Below, piece after piece: positions 13,744-26,044 of a DNA stretch of 64,000 nt. The DNA is from Squalus acanthias (Eukaryota). A program made the position numbers and the translations under genes. Where the stretch lies: positions 19,964,001 to 20,028,000 of the forward strand of contig CM059438.1 of NCBI GenBank assembly GCA_030390025.1, read 5' to 3'. The notes under the pieces were generated by a model. The model saw nothing but the letters and a program-made list of their open reading frames with translations. It had not been told where the DNA came from and ran no database searches. The number at the start of each line of letters is the position of its first letter. Position 1 is the stretch's first letter.

Positions 13744-13952
13744 GATACTTCAAAGGCACATAAAAAGAAGAAAGGCCCTCTAAGTGGATCGCGTTCAAGT
13801 AAATACAGTAAAAGTGAGCAGAATGTGAATGAAGAGCTGCCAGGCTTAAAGAGTACAGGAACGGCCAGTGATCAGGCCAATACGTCCCACACACATCCTG
13901 CCCCCGGTCTTCAGGGAGATAATATTGCTGCACCGGCTGCACAGCGTGTAAG
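13744..13952 (+). CDS. TACC2: Internal coding exon, 209 bp, phase 0 to 2: DTSKAHKKKKGPLSGSRSSKYSKSEQNVNEELPGLKSTGTASDQANTSHTHPAPGLQGDNIAAPAAQRV
   Basis: Pyrimidine tract ctttcttcctgttcaactgtag|, stop-free frame with low-complexity composition, donor AAG|gtagga. It supplies exactly the phase change needed between the first exon and the downstream phase-2 exons. Confidence 0.72.
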
Positions 13953-14262
13953 GTAGGAAATGGGAATGTGGAATTGCTTTTAATAGGACAATGCATGAAT
14001 TCATCATTTTTCAGAGCACATGATGAATGGTGCACACCCTTTGACCTGCTGATTCAATGGAAAAAAATACTGTTTGTTCATTTTGCTTTTATTGCCTATT
14101 TTTATCCTGGTAGTGAGTGGCCATGTTTAATCTTAAACACATGCTGTAACTCATTGTCAGCGCTCGTGATCTATCAGATCTCAGCTAATGAACTGGGCTC
14201 TCAGGGTGCCTGGACACTACAACTGCGGTGTCGGTTTGCTTTTGCACCAAGGCTTCAGATAT

Positions 14263-14778
14263 GGGGTAGAAATTGGATCTCGTTATGCCCGTAAAAGGGG
14301 CACAACGAGCCCCAATTTAGGGGACTGATGTCCTGCGCCCCAAGGACGCCTGAAAAACATCCGATCCAAAATTGGATCAGGCCACTTTCGGGTGTCCCTG
14401 GCGGCTGCCTAAAGCAGGCTTTATGAGCCTTAAATATGTAAAGGAGGGGCCTGACGCCCATTTTAAGTCCCCTCACATAACCTTCCTGTGGAGCCAGGAG
14501 GAGCAGAGTGTTCCCCCGATTCCACAGTCATCATGATGGCCTCCCTCCCCCTCCGTCGCCCGCTTCAACCCCACCCGTCCTGGGACTTGCCTTCGAGCCA
14601 CTGTCAGTGAAGTGATCGGCCCGACATTTGTGCTCCTCAAATACATGAGCTGCCTGTAAAGGCGAAACAGACGCCGACAGCTCGCGCATAAAATGTCAAT
14701 GAGGCCCAAGACCCAAATTCGGGCCGTCCCATTGGGGTGCGCGCTGCTGAAAACGGGCCCAGATGAATTTCTAGCCCC
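14263..14778. mobile_element. MITE
   Basis: TIR ggggtagaaatt / aatttctagcccc. Confidence 0.72.
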
Positions 14779-15249
14779 TCGTGTAAATGCAACCCTGCAC
14801 ATGTCTTCTCCCAGCGGTTAAATTTTAAGTGCTTCTACAGTGCATGCAGCAGTGTCAACATTCTAGTTAATTGCAAGTTCAAGGGCACTTTTACACCCAG
14901 TTTGACACTGCACTGGAATCACACCCCATGCCGGGACATGCCAAAGTGCAGTGTAACAACCCCCTCCACGGAGCCTCACACTGCTTCACTTTGGATCAGG
15001 TTGTTTTGTTACTCCAGATTTTCACTGCAGCTTTAGCATCAATCTGAGTGCCAATAATTGCCGCCTTCATGATTTGCGGGACAGGGATTTGAAAAAAAAG
15101 TTTAAAATCACTGAGCTGGGAGGGCGTTGTCCTTAAAAAAGCAAGACAATGGATAAAATGCCTCCTGCTGTTTGAGATTGTAGTCTCCCAACTTGATCAT
15201 ACACTAAGAACGGCTTGATTTGGGCTTTAAATGTTAGGGTTACTATTAG

Positions 15250-15397
15250 TGGGATAATTTTCAACTTCACCACTGGGGCAGAGCAGATTGCCTGTCCATG
15301 ATAGAACTCGCCCGATCTTTATCCCGTTGAAATCAATGGCTGGGCGACCTGTTCCGCCAGGTAACTGCCCAAGTGGCGAAGTTGAAAATTAACCCCC
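15250..15397. mobile_element. Short fold-back (hairpin) MITE
   Basis: gggataattttcaacttcaccactggggcag pairs with ctgcccaagtggcgaagttgaaaattaaccc. Confidence 0.72.
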
Positions 15398-15459
15398 GTG
15401 TCTCAAAACCACGCTCATAAATAGCAGGTAGCTTCCTCAGCAAGTGTTCTTAAATTATA

Positions 15460-16166
15460 ATGGCCCGTATTTTATGGTGCCTACGCGCCTGTAAGGGCCC
15501 CGCAAGTTCCGGGTTTTTGTGCGCGAAACCCCGGAACTTGCACTTTGTCATCTTCTTGACAGATCGTAGCCATCCCCAGGGAAAAGGGCATCTGCGGGCG
15601 GAGAGTTGCGCTATTTGCCCTACTTCTGCCCAGCGAATGCCCGTGAAATTCTTACGCCTGGTATAAGTAAGCTTAAGGCCTGCTTTTACCAGTGTAAGAG
15701 TTTAAATGAATATAACATTTTTTTCAATTATTTAAACATTAAAACACATGTAAAATAAGTTACGGTTATTTTTAGCCCCGTTAAAACATTCAAATTTATT
15801 TTTCAAAAAACTACATTTTTGTTTTAAATGTTTAATTAAATTGTATTTTAATTACTTTTAAATATGTAATTTTTTAAAATTTATTCGGTGTGTAAATGTT
15901 TTTTATGTGATCCCCATTCATGCTTATGGGAGTTCCGTACATACGCAATCCCCATGAGCATGAATGGGGATCCCCTTCTTTCATTGGTTGGGCCGACCCA
16001 CATGATCTCAGGGGCGCTTGCGCCCCGGGATATGTGGGCCTCTACGCAGGCCTACGAGTAGAGGCCCAGGAGCGCGAGTCTTCGTGGATCGCAGAAGGTG
16101 CGGATTTTATTTGCAGATCGGATGCATTTCCCGGCAGGAAGCCTCCGACCGTAAATTCAGGCCCAA
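15460..16166. mobile_element. MITE, same family as 5385-6080 (copy 2)
   Basis: Shared ggccccgcaagttc.ggg, gcgcgaaa.cccggaac and ggattccgta/gagttccgta blocks; TIR tggcccgtattt / aaattcaggccca. Confidence 0.78.
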
Positions 16167-16271
16167 TATATATGAGATCTGACTACCCCCCCAAATGTTC
16201 CCCTTCGGATACTTTACAGAACCCGATTCACATGATAACTGAAAATTAGATTAGCTGCAGAGTGACAGATA

Positions 16272-16690
16272 CAACAGCAACAACAACAACTTTAATTTAT
16301 AATGCAGTAAAACATCCCAAGGCGCTTCACAGGAGCATTATTAAACAAAATTTGACACCGAGCCACATAAGGAGATATTAGGGCAGGCGACCAAAAGCTT
16401 GGTCAAAAAAGTAGGTTTTAAGGAGCGTCTTAAAGGAGGGGAGAGAGGTAGAGAGGCGGAGAGGTTTAGGGAGGGAATTCCAGAACTTAGGGCCTCGGCA
16501 GCTGAAGGCACGGCCGCCAATGGTGGAGCGATTAAAATCGGGGATGCACAAGAGGCCAGAATTAGAGTAATGGAGAGATCTCGGAGGTTTGTAGGGCTGG
16601 AGGAGGTTACAGAGATAGGGAGGAGCGAGGCCATGAAGGGATTTGAAAACAAGGGTGAGTATTTTAAAATCGAAGCGTTGCCGGACCGGT
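16272..16690 (-). mobile_element. L2 LINE 3' fragment with (TTG)n tail
   Basis: FKILTLVFKSLHGLAPPYL...GGRAFS..PKFWNSLP..FKTLLKTY, plus (caa)n at 16272-16290. Confidence 0.88.
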
Positions 16691-16719
16691 GATCCAGAAA
16701 GCAAAGTTAAGGATGTTGT

Positions 16720-19700
16720 AAACAATCTGTGACAAGTGTCTGCTGCTACAGGAACTCCAGCTCCGTGTTGATGAGCTGGAGTCTGAGCTTCAGACACTGC
16801 GACACATCAGGGAGGGGGAGAAGTACCTGGACTCTGTGTTTCAGGAGGTGGTCACACCTATGAAGTTAATTAATTCAGATGTAGCCCATGGTCAGGGACA
16901 GGAGGGTGTGACTACGAGTGAGGCAGGTACGGGGATCCAGGAGGTAGTGTTGGAGGAGCCGCAGCCCTTGCTCTTGTCCAACAGGTTCGAGGTTCTTACT
17001 CCCTGTGGGGACAGGAGCAGGGACTGCAGGGAGGATGAGCAACCTGGCCACAGCACCGTGGAACGGGGGGCCATTCAAGAGGGGGGAGTAAATAGAAATG
17101 TTGTAGTGGTAGGGGATAGTATTATTAGGGGGATAGATAGAGTTCTCTGCAGCCGAGAGCGAGAGTCCCGTAGGCTGTGTTGCCTGCCCGGTGCCAGGGT
17201 TAAGGACATCTCCTCTGGGCTGGAAAGAAACTTGCAGTGGGAGGGGGTGGATCCAGTTGTCGTGGTCCATGTTGGTACAAACGACGTAGATAGGACAAGG
17301 AAGCCGGTTCTGTTAAAGGAGTATGAGCAGCTAGGGGTCAAATTAAAAAACAGAACCTCAAGGGTAATAATCTCTGGATTATTACCTGAGCCATGAGCGA
17401 ATTTGGCTAGGACAAATAAAATTAGAGAGTTAAATGAGTGGCTCAAAGACTGGTGTGGGAGAAATGGGTTTTGCTTCCTGGGACACTGGCACCAGTACTG
17501 GGACAGGAGAGCTGTTCCATTGGGACGGGCTTCACTTGGCCAGTGCTGGGACTAGAGTCCTGGCGGATCATATAACTAGGGCTGTAGAGAGGGCTTTAAA
17601 CTAACTAGTGGGGGGGAGGTTCCTAGAGAGCAAATAATAAAAATGACAACAGAGAAGGTCATAGACTTAGGTAGCAGTGGGGAAATTAAAAACCAGACTG
17701 TGTCAGGAAGGGACAGAAGGTATGGAGTAAAAGGTAAAGTAATAAAAAGGGCAAAAGCAGGAACTAAGTGTCACAAAACATATTTGAAAGTTCTCTATCT
17801 GAATGCACGTAGCATTCGTAACAAAATAGACGAGTTAATGGCACAAATAACTACATATGGGTATGATCTTGTGGCCATCACAGAAACATGGCTGCAGGGT
17901 GACAATGCCTGGGAATTAAACATACCAGGTTATTTAACGATCAGGAAGGACAGGCAGGAAAGAAGGGGAGGTGGGGTGGCTATGTTAATAAAGGAAGGAA
18001 TCACTGTAATACAGAGAAATGATATTGGGTCAAAAGATCAGGATAATGAAACAGTTTGGGTGGAGATAAGGAATAATAAGGGGGAAAAAAACACTAGTGG
18101 GCGTAGTCTATAGGCCTCCGAATAGTTGCAACTCTGTTGGACGGAGTATCAATCAGGAAATAGTTGAGGTATGTAATAAGGGAACATCTATAATTATGGG
18201 GGATTTTAACTGTCATATTAATTGGACAAATCAAATTGGGCAGGGCTGTCTTGAGGATGAGTTCATTCAGTGTATTAGGGATGGGTTTCTTGAGCAGTAT
18301 GTAACTGAACCGACCAGGGGGCAAGCAACCTTAGATCTGGTCCTGTGTAACGAGACAGGATTAATTAAAAATGTCCTAGTAAAGGATCCCCTTGGAATGA
18401 GTGACCATAACATGGTTGAATTCCATATTCAATTAGAGGGTGAGAAGGTTGGATCTCAAACAAGCGTGCTAAGCTTGAATAAAGAAGACTATGAAGGTAT
18501 GCGAGCGGAATTGAGTAGAGTGGATTGGGAAAATAGATTAAAGGGTAAGACGATACTTGATCAGTGGTGTACATTTAAGGAGTTATTTTACAACTTCCAA
18601 AAAAAATATATTCCACTGAGAAGAAAAGGGTGTAAAAGAAAAGACAGTCATCCGTGGCTAAGTAAAGAAATTAAGGATCGTATTCGACTAAAAACAAGGG
18701 CTTTTAAGGTAGCCAAATCTAGTGGGAGGATAGAGGATTGGGAAAACTTTAAAAGACAGCAAAAAATAACAAAAAGCTTGATTAAGAAAAGGAAGATAGA
18801 TTATGAAAGTAAATTAGCAAAAAATATAAAAACAGATAGTAAGAGTTTTTATAGTTATATAAAAAGAAAAAGGGTGGCTAAAGTAAATGTTGGTCCCTTA
18901 GAGGATGAGACCGGGAAATTAATGGTGGGAAATATGGAGATGGCAAATACACTGAATGAATATTTTGTATCAGTCATTACAGTAGAGGACACTAAGAATA
19001 TCCCAACACTGGACAAACAGGGGGCTATAGGGGGGGAGGAGCTAAACACGATCAAAATCACTAAGGAAGTGGTACTCGGTAAAATAATGGGACTCAAGGC
19101 GGATAAATCACCTGGACCTGATGGCTTACATCCTAGGGTCTTGAGGGAAGTGGCGGTAGGGATTGTGGATGCATTGGTAATAATTTTCCAAAACTCCCTG
19201 GACTCAGCAAAGATCCCGGCAGACTGGAAAACTGCTAATGTAACACCCTTATTTAAAAAGGGCAGTAGACAGAAGGCTGGAAACTATAGACCGGTTAGCC
19301 TAACATCTGTGGTAGGTAAAATTTTGGAGTCCATTATTAAGGAGACAGTAACGGGACATTTGGATAATCATAATTTAATAGGACAAAGTCAGCATGGCTT
19401 TATGAAGGGGAAGTCATGTTTGACAAATTTGCTGGAGTTCTTTGAGGAAGTAACATACAGGGTGGATAAAGGGGAACCAGTGGATGTGGTGTATTTAGAC
19501 TTCCAAAAGGCATTTGACAAGGTGCCACACAAAAGATTATTGCTTAAGATAAAAAATCACGGGATTGGGGGTAATATTCTGGCATGGATAGAGGATTGGC
19601 TATCTAACAGAAGGCAGAGAGTTGGGATAAATGGTTCATTCTCAGACTGGCAATCAGTAACTAGTGGTGTTCCACAGGGGTCAGTGCTGGGTCCCCAACT

Positions 19701-20822
19701 CTTTACAATCTATATTAACGATTTGGAGGAGGGGATCGAGTGTAACATATCAAAGTTTGCAGATGATACTAAGATGGGAGGGAAAGTAGTGAGTGAGGAG
19801 GACATAAAAAATCTGCAAGGGGACATAGACAGGCTAAGTAAGTGGGCAGAGATTTGGCAGATGGAATACAATACTGGAAAGTGTGAGGTTATGCACTTTG
19901 GCAGGAAAAATAGTAGAGCAAGTTATTATCTTAATGGCAAGAAACTGGAAAGTACTGAAGTACAAAGGGATCTGGGGGTCCTGGTGCACGAAACTCAAAA
20001 GGTTAGTATGCAGGTGCAGCAAGTGATTAAGAAGGCCAATGGAATGTTGGCTTTCATTGCTAGGGGGATAGAATATAAAAATAGGGAGGTGAAGCTTCAG
20101 TTGTACAAGGTATTGGTGAGACCGCACCTGGAATACTGCATACAGTTTTGGTGTCCATACTTAAGAAAAGACATACTTGCTCTCGAGTCAGTACAAAGAA
20201 GGTTCACTTGGTTAATCCCGGGGATGAGGGGATGGACATATGAGGAGAGGTTGGGTAGATTGGGACTCTACTCATTGGAGTTCAGAAGAATGAGAGGCGA
20301 TCTTATTGAAACATATAAGATTGCGAAGGGGTTGGATGCGGGGAGGATGTTCCCGATGACGGGTGAGACGAGAACTAGGGGACATAGTCTTAGAATAAGG
20401 GGCTGCTCTTTCAAAACTGAGATGAGAAGGAACTACTTCACTCAGAGGGTGGTAGGTCCATGGAATATGCTGCCCCAAAAAGCTGTAGAAGCTACATCAT
20501 TACATAAATTTAAAACAGAAATAGACAGTTTCCTAGAAGTAAAGGGAATTAAAGGTTACGGGGAGCGGGCAGGAATTTGGACATGAGTCTAGCTTCGGAT
20601 CGGTCATGGCCCTGTGGGTAGCGTAGCGGGCCCAGGGGCCGTGTAGCCTGATCCTGCTCCTATTTTGTGTGTCCAATTCTGTTAGGTTCAGGAGATGGTT
20701 CTGTGATAGTAGATTGGTGGTTAGGATCAGATCAGCCATGATCTTATTGAATGGCGGAGCAGGCGCGAGGGGCCAATTGGCCTACTCCTGCTCCTATTTC
20801 TTATGTTCTTATGTTCTTATGT
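16720..20822 (+). mobile_element. CR1-clade LINE, 5'-truncated but near full length (ORF1 with esterase, ORF2 EN+RT)
   Basis: ORF1 shows CDKC plus a zipper, GDSIIRG, HVGTND and DGLHL (SGNH esterase), with a stop at 17394 and a later frameshift. ORF2 shows [30 protein letters not shown] and KFADD. The 3' UTR hairpin and ttcttatg tandem tail are present. Confidence 0.95.
17643..20586 (+). pseudogene. CR1 ORF2 (AP endonuclease + reverse transcriptase) with a single +1 frameshift at the G/A run 18080-18091
   Basis: ORFs 17643-18113 and 18097-20586 join into a contiguous EN-RT protein. Confidence 0.9.
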
Positions 20823-21469
20823 ATCCTGATCCATTAATGACACTATTAAAGGAACATTGCCACTTTTCAGGGAGTAACCTTAGTTTTTCCAGAGCTCTTT
20901 ATTGTCTTTGGGATGGCTTGTTCGGTCTGAGATGCGAAATTTATAGCACAAACTTCTTTGTGCAGTTTGTGGATGGTATTAATTTTGTTAATGTCGTTTT
21001 AAAAATAATTACATTTTTTGGTGCAGACACACATCATGATGGATATGACATCAAGATATCATGATGATTTAATGATTTCATGCGCAAAAAGAAAACAGTG
21101 AAAAGCTTGTGTAACAACTCGTCAATGGTCACAGTACTCCTTGAGCATTCCAGTGGCTTTGGCTCTCCGTTTATTCTGACTTGCTATAATGATATCAAGG
21201 ATACAGGAAAGAAAAGACATCGAATCTTCCAGAACATACACAGTGTAATTCTGTGAAACCTATAAATCTGTCACACCTTCAGTTTAAATAGTGACTCATT
21301 ACAAGTGAATTTTACAATCATACAAATGTGATGACTGGCCAAGGGATTGTTTCAGTATCTAGCAATGACTGTGGTCTGAAGAACAACTCATTTGAAAAGG
21401 CATCAATGGTAACATAACCTTTCAAACTCTCATTCTTGTATTGCTATTGGTTTAACGTTAATAGTCAAA

Positions 21470-21890
21470 TAAAGAAAAAGCTTGCATTTATATAATGCCT
21501 TTCGCATCCTCAGAACGTCTGGAAGCGCTTTACAGCAGTGAATTACTTTCGAATTGAATTCACTGTTGTTTTGTAAGGAAATATGGCAGCCAATTGGCAC
21601 ACAGCAAGGTTCCACAAACAGTAATGAGATGAATGATCTGTTAATCTGATTTTGGTGGTGTTGGTTGAGGTGTAAATGTTAAGTAGCTCTTCTTAAAATA
21701 GTCTTTGTCAACCTAAGAGGGCAGACAGGGCATCAGTTTAATATCTTATCTGAGAGACAGCACCTCTGTCAATGCAGTACTCCCTCAATACTGCACTGAA
21801 GTGTCAGCCTAGGTCAAGTGCTTAAGTCCCATAGTGGAGCTTGAACTCACAACCCTCTGACTTAGAAGTGGGAGCGCTACCACTGAGCTA
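21470..21890 (-). mobile_element. Deu-domain SINE (SacSINE1-like) with tRNA-like head and L2-type tail
   Basis: Reverse strand carries box-A/box-B-like head (tagctcagtggtagc...ggttgtgagttcaagc), Deu core (gtgcagtattgagggagtactgca) and tail tataaatgcaag. Confidence 0.78.
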
Positions 21891-21924
21891 AAGCAAAAGG
21901 AAGTTACCTCACAATTCTGGCTGA

Positions 21925-22947
21925 CTGGGAGGTGTTTGTGTGATTGATAGCTGCATGCAGTTCATTAAAATGGCCGAACAATGAAGAACGCATGTTATGA
22001 AGCTCTGAAGTTTTTTCTTGTTTGTTACTGAAGAATCTAAATAACAAACGTGACATAGTGCCAGAAGCATCATTCTTGTCAACCAGCACAGCACACCCAG
22101 TGAAATACTGGACAATTCACCAACTCAAAGAGCAGCCGAACCAAGATACTCCTCTCTACAGTGAGCTGACTTCCGAAACCGTGGCTAGCAAGCGATGTGA
22201 AAGAGACCTGATTGTACAATAAAGGTACCAAAAAGCTTGCTAAACTTGGAGAAGACGTTGGTCAGAATTCAGCCAATAGGAACAGGGAAATGGTTGGCAA
22301 GCGCAACAGCAAGTAGATATCAGATCCTACAATGGAAGAACTGAAAATGGAAGGATCTTTCAGAGGGGTCGGACAAGCCTGCAGAAAACAGAACCATCAT
22401 TTGTGGAGCGAGCAGAGTATCCAGTTACACACTCCGTGACACATGTGAAGCTACCCAGCCAGTCCACAGTAAACAAATCACAGCCACAACAACAGAGCAC
22501 AAGAGAAGAAAAGATTGTGGCTGGTATTCAACTAAATGGTAAGCCAGTGCAGCAACTGGAACCACTGCTGGAGAAGGCTCCCATCCACACGACCTTAACA
22601 ACAAGAAGTAGTAGAGTCATGTGAAAGCTACATAGTGGTTTTATCTAATCGATGACTTTGTTTGAACTGGAACTGTTGGACTTTATAGTTGCTACATATT
22701 TTATCATTGTTGTTTATAAAGTGTTCTTATTTAAAAGTTTACTTTCTTTTGAGGAGGGAGATATATTGATATTGGTAAAGCTTTGTATCCATGGTCAAGT
22801 ACAGAAAGTTTCCTATTTGTTGGATTGAAATGTTTGATTGAAAGCTGCATATAGTTACTGAAACTGGCTGAGCAATAATCAGCACAGGTATTTAAGCTCT
22901 GAAGTTTTTGCTAGTTTGTTACACTGAATTTAATAATAAACATTACA
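21925..22947 (+). mobile_element. Degenerate, internally deleted Gypsy-like LTR element
   Basis: Two related LTR segments end ...aaacgtgaca (22055) and ...aaacattaca (22947). PBS-like tagtgccagaag at 22056-22067, integrase C-terminal relic (YNKGTKKL, IRSY..RTENGRIF, TTRSSRV), and PPT gaggagggaga at 22751-22761. Confidence 0.7.
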
Positions 22948-23479
22948 ATTGTCTTTTATGTTTTATCAACCTTATTGTTTGAAATTGTGCCACACACAAA
23001 GCAAACAACAATAAAAGGTTCAAAGGTTATATTACTGTTGATGCCTTTTGAAATAAATTCTTCCTCAAATCACAATTTATCTCCAATGAATAAGTGAAGT
23101 TATCCACGTGGGAGTGTTTTGATCGTTCGGTCCAGTTAGCCTGCATGATTCAATAGAACTGCAACCAGAATAGATTCAAAATAACAGACATCTAATAGCA
23201 GTTTAGGGTTTGTGAAACTATTCTTTTAAAGTGTTCACAGTGTCAAAATGTTAATTTTTAACAGGATGTGCAAATAATATGGAATAATAGTCTTAAATAT
23301 CTGGAATGGGACTGAAGCTTTTTTGCAGGATGCCCTCTGTTCATGCAGTGCCGCAATATTTGAGTGACATGTGCTTAGAACTTGGAGACTGTGGACTGTG
23401 GTCCATGCACTTAATGGGTTTGATTTACTATTGTGTATTGTCCTAATGTTCATCTTATGCTGGATTGGAAAAAGAACAC

Positions 23480-24300
23480 ACACACACACGCATTTCCCGA
23501 TGACAAAATTTGAAACCCTCTCTCCACCACTGTGTATTAAACCACACAATGACCTATCTAATCTCTTTCTTTCTAATAGATCCAGGGCTAGAACTTCGTC
23601 TGGGCCCTTTGTTGGGATTATTACCCAAAGATTACTACCACGGAATTCCTTTTCTTCAATCTTTTACTCAGCTTCTGAAAGCTGCTTTCTAGGACCTCCA
23701 TACTACATCTACTCTCCCATTACAGTCAAATTCTGAACCTTGGCACCAGGGAAGAAACATAACATTTTGAACTCTCGGATATACTTGCAAAAGATTCTCT
23801 TTACAACCATAATGTTACCTTTAACCTTATCTGTCCTTGTTTCCCTTGAGCAACTACTTGCTGTATTGTGCCATTAGCTTGCTTGTGGCTGCCGCCCTCT
23901 GCCATTCCATCCTTGTCCCACTGCAGTGCTGAAAATCTGTTGGGACAACTCTTGTTTCAAAGTCTCCCTCTGTTTCTGCCTACTCTGTGTACGTGCCCTG
24001 GGTGCTGCCATCTGGATGTTACTGTTTGCTGCACAATCCCTATGTCTCAGTGGTGACAACCTCATGGAAAGTATCTTCCAGATGCTTCTCCTCCTCGCGC
24101 AAACTGTGGCTTTTTGGTCCTCGAGCTTGACAATTCAGTTTTTGAGGGACTCAATTAGTGAACACTTCATGAAAGTGTCGTCCTCCTGGATTCCTTTGTG
24201 GATTCAGTGTGACCCACATCCTGCATGTGACAATAAGCTTGGCATCTACAACAGCCACGTCAATTCAGGTGTGTGACAGAGTGCTTGATTTTAATTTTTT
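23480..24300 (-). mobile_element. Old CR1 5' fragment (ORF1 zipper and esterase relic)
   Basis: Reverse strand reads KCSLIESL..IVKLEDQ, GEKHLEDTFHEVVT, LCFFPGAKVQNL and KLSKRLKKRNSVVVIFG, collinear with ORF1 of the 16.7-kb element. Confidence 0.7.
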
Positions 24301-24589
24301 TTAGACTGTATCTTCAGAGACTAACTGCTCCTCAGCTCTACCTTCCTCTTTTTCACTCCCTTAAATAAGAAAATTACTTTTCATACTCAAAGGTTTGCTC
24401 TGCGGTACAGTATCTTCAAATATAATAACAAATACATAAAACTTAAACTTACAATGCACAGCTAAATAATTACAAACAGCCTCGAGGGCCTGTCTGGAGG
24501 AGAAGCTGAACTTCTATGTAAAAAAGTAATCAAAAGAAATTCAAATTCGAGCTCCAACTATACACAGTGGCACGAAGCCACTTTAAAAA

Positions 24590-25062
24590 ATTTTTTTATT
24601 CGCTTATGAGATCTGGGCGTCGCTGGCAAGGCCAGCATTTATTGCCCATCTCCCTAGTTGCCCTTGAGAAGGTGGTGGTGAGCCATCTTCTTGAACCGTT
24701 GCAGTCTGTGTGGTGAAGATACTCCCACAGTGCTGTTAGGGAGGGAGTTCCAGGATTTTGTCCCAGCGACGATGAAGGAACGGTGATATACTTCTAAGTC
24801 AGGATGGTGTGTGACTTGGAGGGGAACTTGGAGGTGGTGGTGTTCCCATGCGCCTGCTGCCCTTGTCCTTCTAGGTGGAAGAGATCACGGGTTTGGGAGG
24901 TGCTGCCGAAGAAGCCTTGGTGAGTTGCTGCAGTGCATCTTGTAGATGGTATACACTGCAGCCACGGTACGCCAGTGGTGGAGGGAGCGAATGTTTAAGG
25001 TGGTGGGTGGGGTGCCAATCAAACGGGCTGCTTTGTCCTGGATGGTGTCGAGCTTCTTGAGT
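24590..25062 (-). mobile_element. 3' end of a second CR1/L2-clade LINE family
   Basis: LDTIQDKAARLIG...LHHWRTVAAVYTIYKMH is a typical RT C-terminus, and the element ends in an A-rich tail (T-run at about 24590). Confidence 0.8.
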
Positions 25063-25682
25063 TCCACAATGACAGTTAAAGTTTAAACTATCGCTGAAGT
25101 GTATTTAATCTTCCCTCCCCTTACTCTAGGTGCCTCGTACCAGATGTCTCAAAAATTGGTACACTCTGTGCCTTAAATGTTAAATATCTGATGAATGAAA
25201 TACCACTTTAACAGGTGCTAAACTGCAAAGGTTCAACACCTCCACCAAACACTATTCCTCTGTACGCCACGAAACAAAGCCCTATAGAAATCTGTCCTTT
25301 TCTTCAATGTCTTTCCCTCTGTCTCCAGTCCTCCAGTGTATTTCTCCTCTTCAGATATTCCAACCACAAATATGAGAAAATAAACTTTCAGAATTCCAGT
25401 TGTAGCAATGATCTGCCAAGCAGCACTGAAACATCACTGTTAATAATTGGTGGTCAGGCATCCTCAGATTCTGCTCCAGTTAAAATTATTTCATTATGCC
25501 TATTAATATGAAAATACATTTGTACAATTGCAGTTGAATGTGGAGAATACAGCTTACATTTCATTTTCTTTATTTGTGATGAGTGTATTGTCCAAGGAAG
25601 AGGACACTGCTTTATATATTCACACACACTATATGATTAATTATTCAAACAATTGTTTCTTTGTCAATGTTTTTATTGACAG

Positions 25683-25766
25683 CCTTGCCAGTGAAAGCAT
25701 CCCAACAGATCTTCAGGTAAAGCAGTGTGACTCTATTCAGGCTACAGCTGGACCTGTTGTTCCTGG
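25683..25766 (+). CDS. TACC2: Candidate symmetric (phase 2-2) 84-bp coding exon: (S)LASESIPTDLQVKQCDSIQATAGPVVP(G)
   Basis: Acceptor ttttattgacag|, donor GG|gtatgt, length divisible by 3 and open in the phase required by the neighbouring exons. An alternative donor CAG|gtaaag lies inside it. Confidence 0.55.
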
Positions 25767-26044
25767 GTATGTAAGCTAGTTGCCTGGGTGTGTGGTTTAA
25801 TAAAATAAATAATGCACGAACCTTCTATAGAATTTACTTTGTGACTGCAGTTTTATAGATTGATAAATGGAGTGGTCCATTGGTGTATCTCAACCTGTGA
25901 TTCATCCTCATTGTTGGAATGTCACTGTGGTTGCATACATTACTCTGTGCATGAACATTATGGAGTGGTTTTTTGCATATGTTATAAATATAAAATATAA
26001 AGATTGAAAATAATTTCCCCTGAAAGACCAAAGCTTAACTTAAT

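Noticed and set aside
21830-21890. tRNA gene
   Set aside because: Box-A/box-B-like motifs belong to a SINE head and no full cloverleaf forms.
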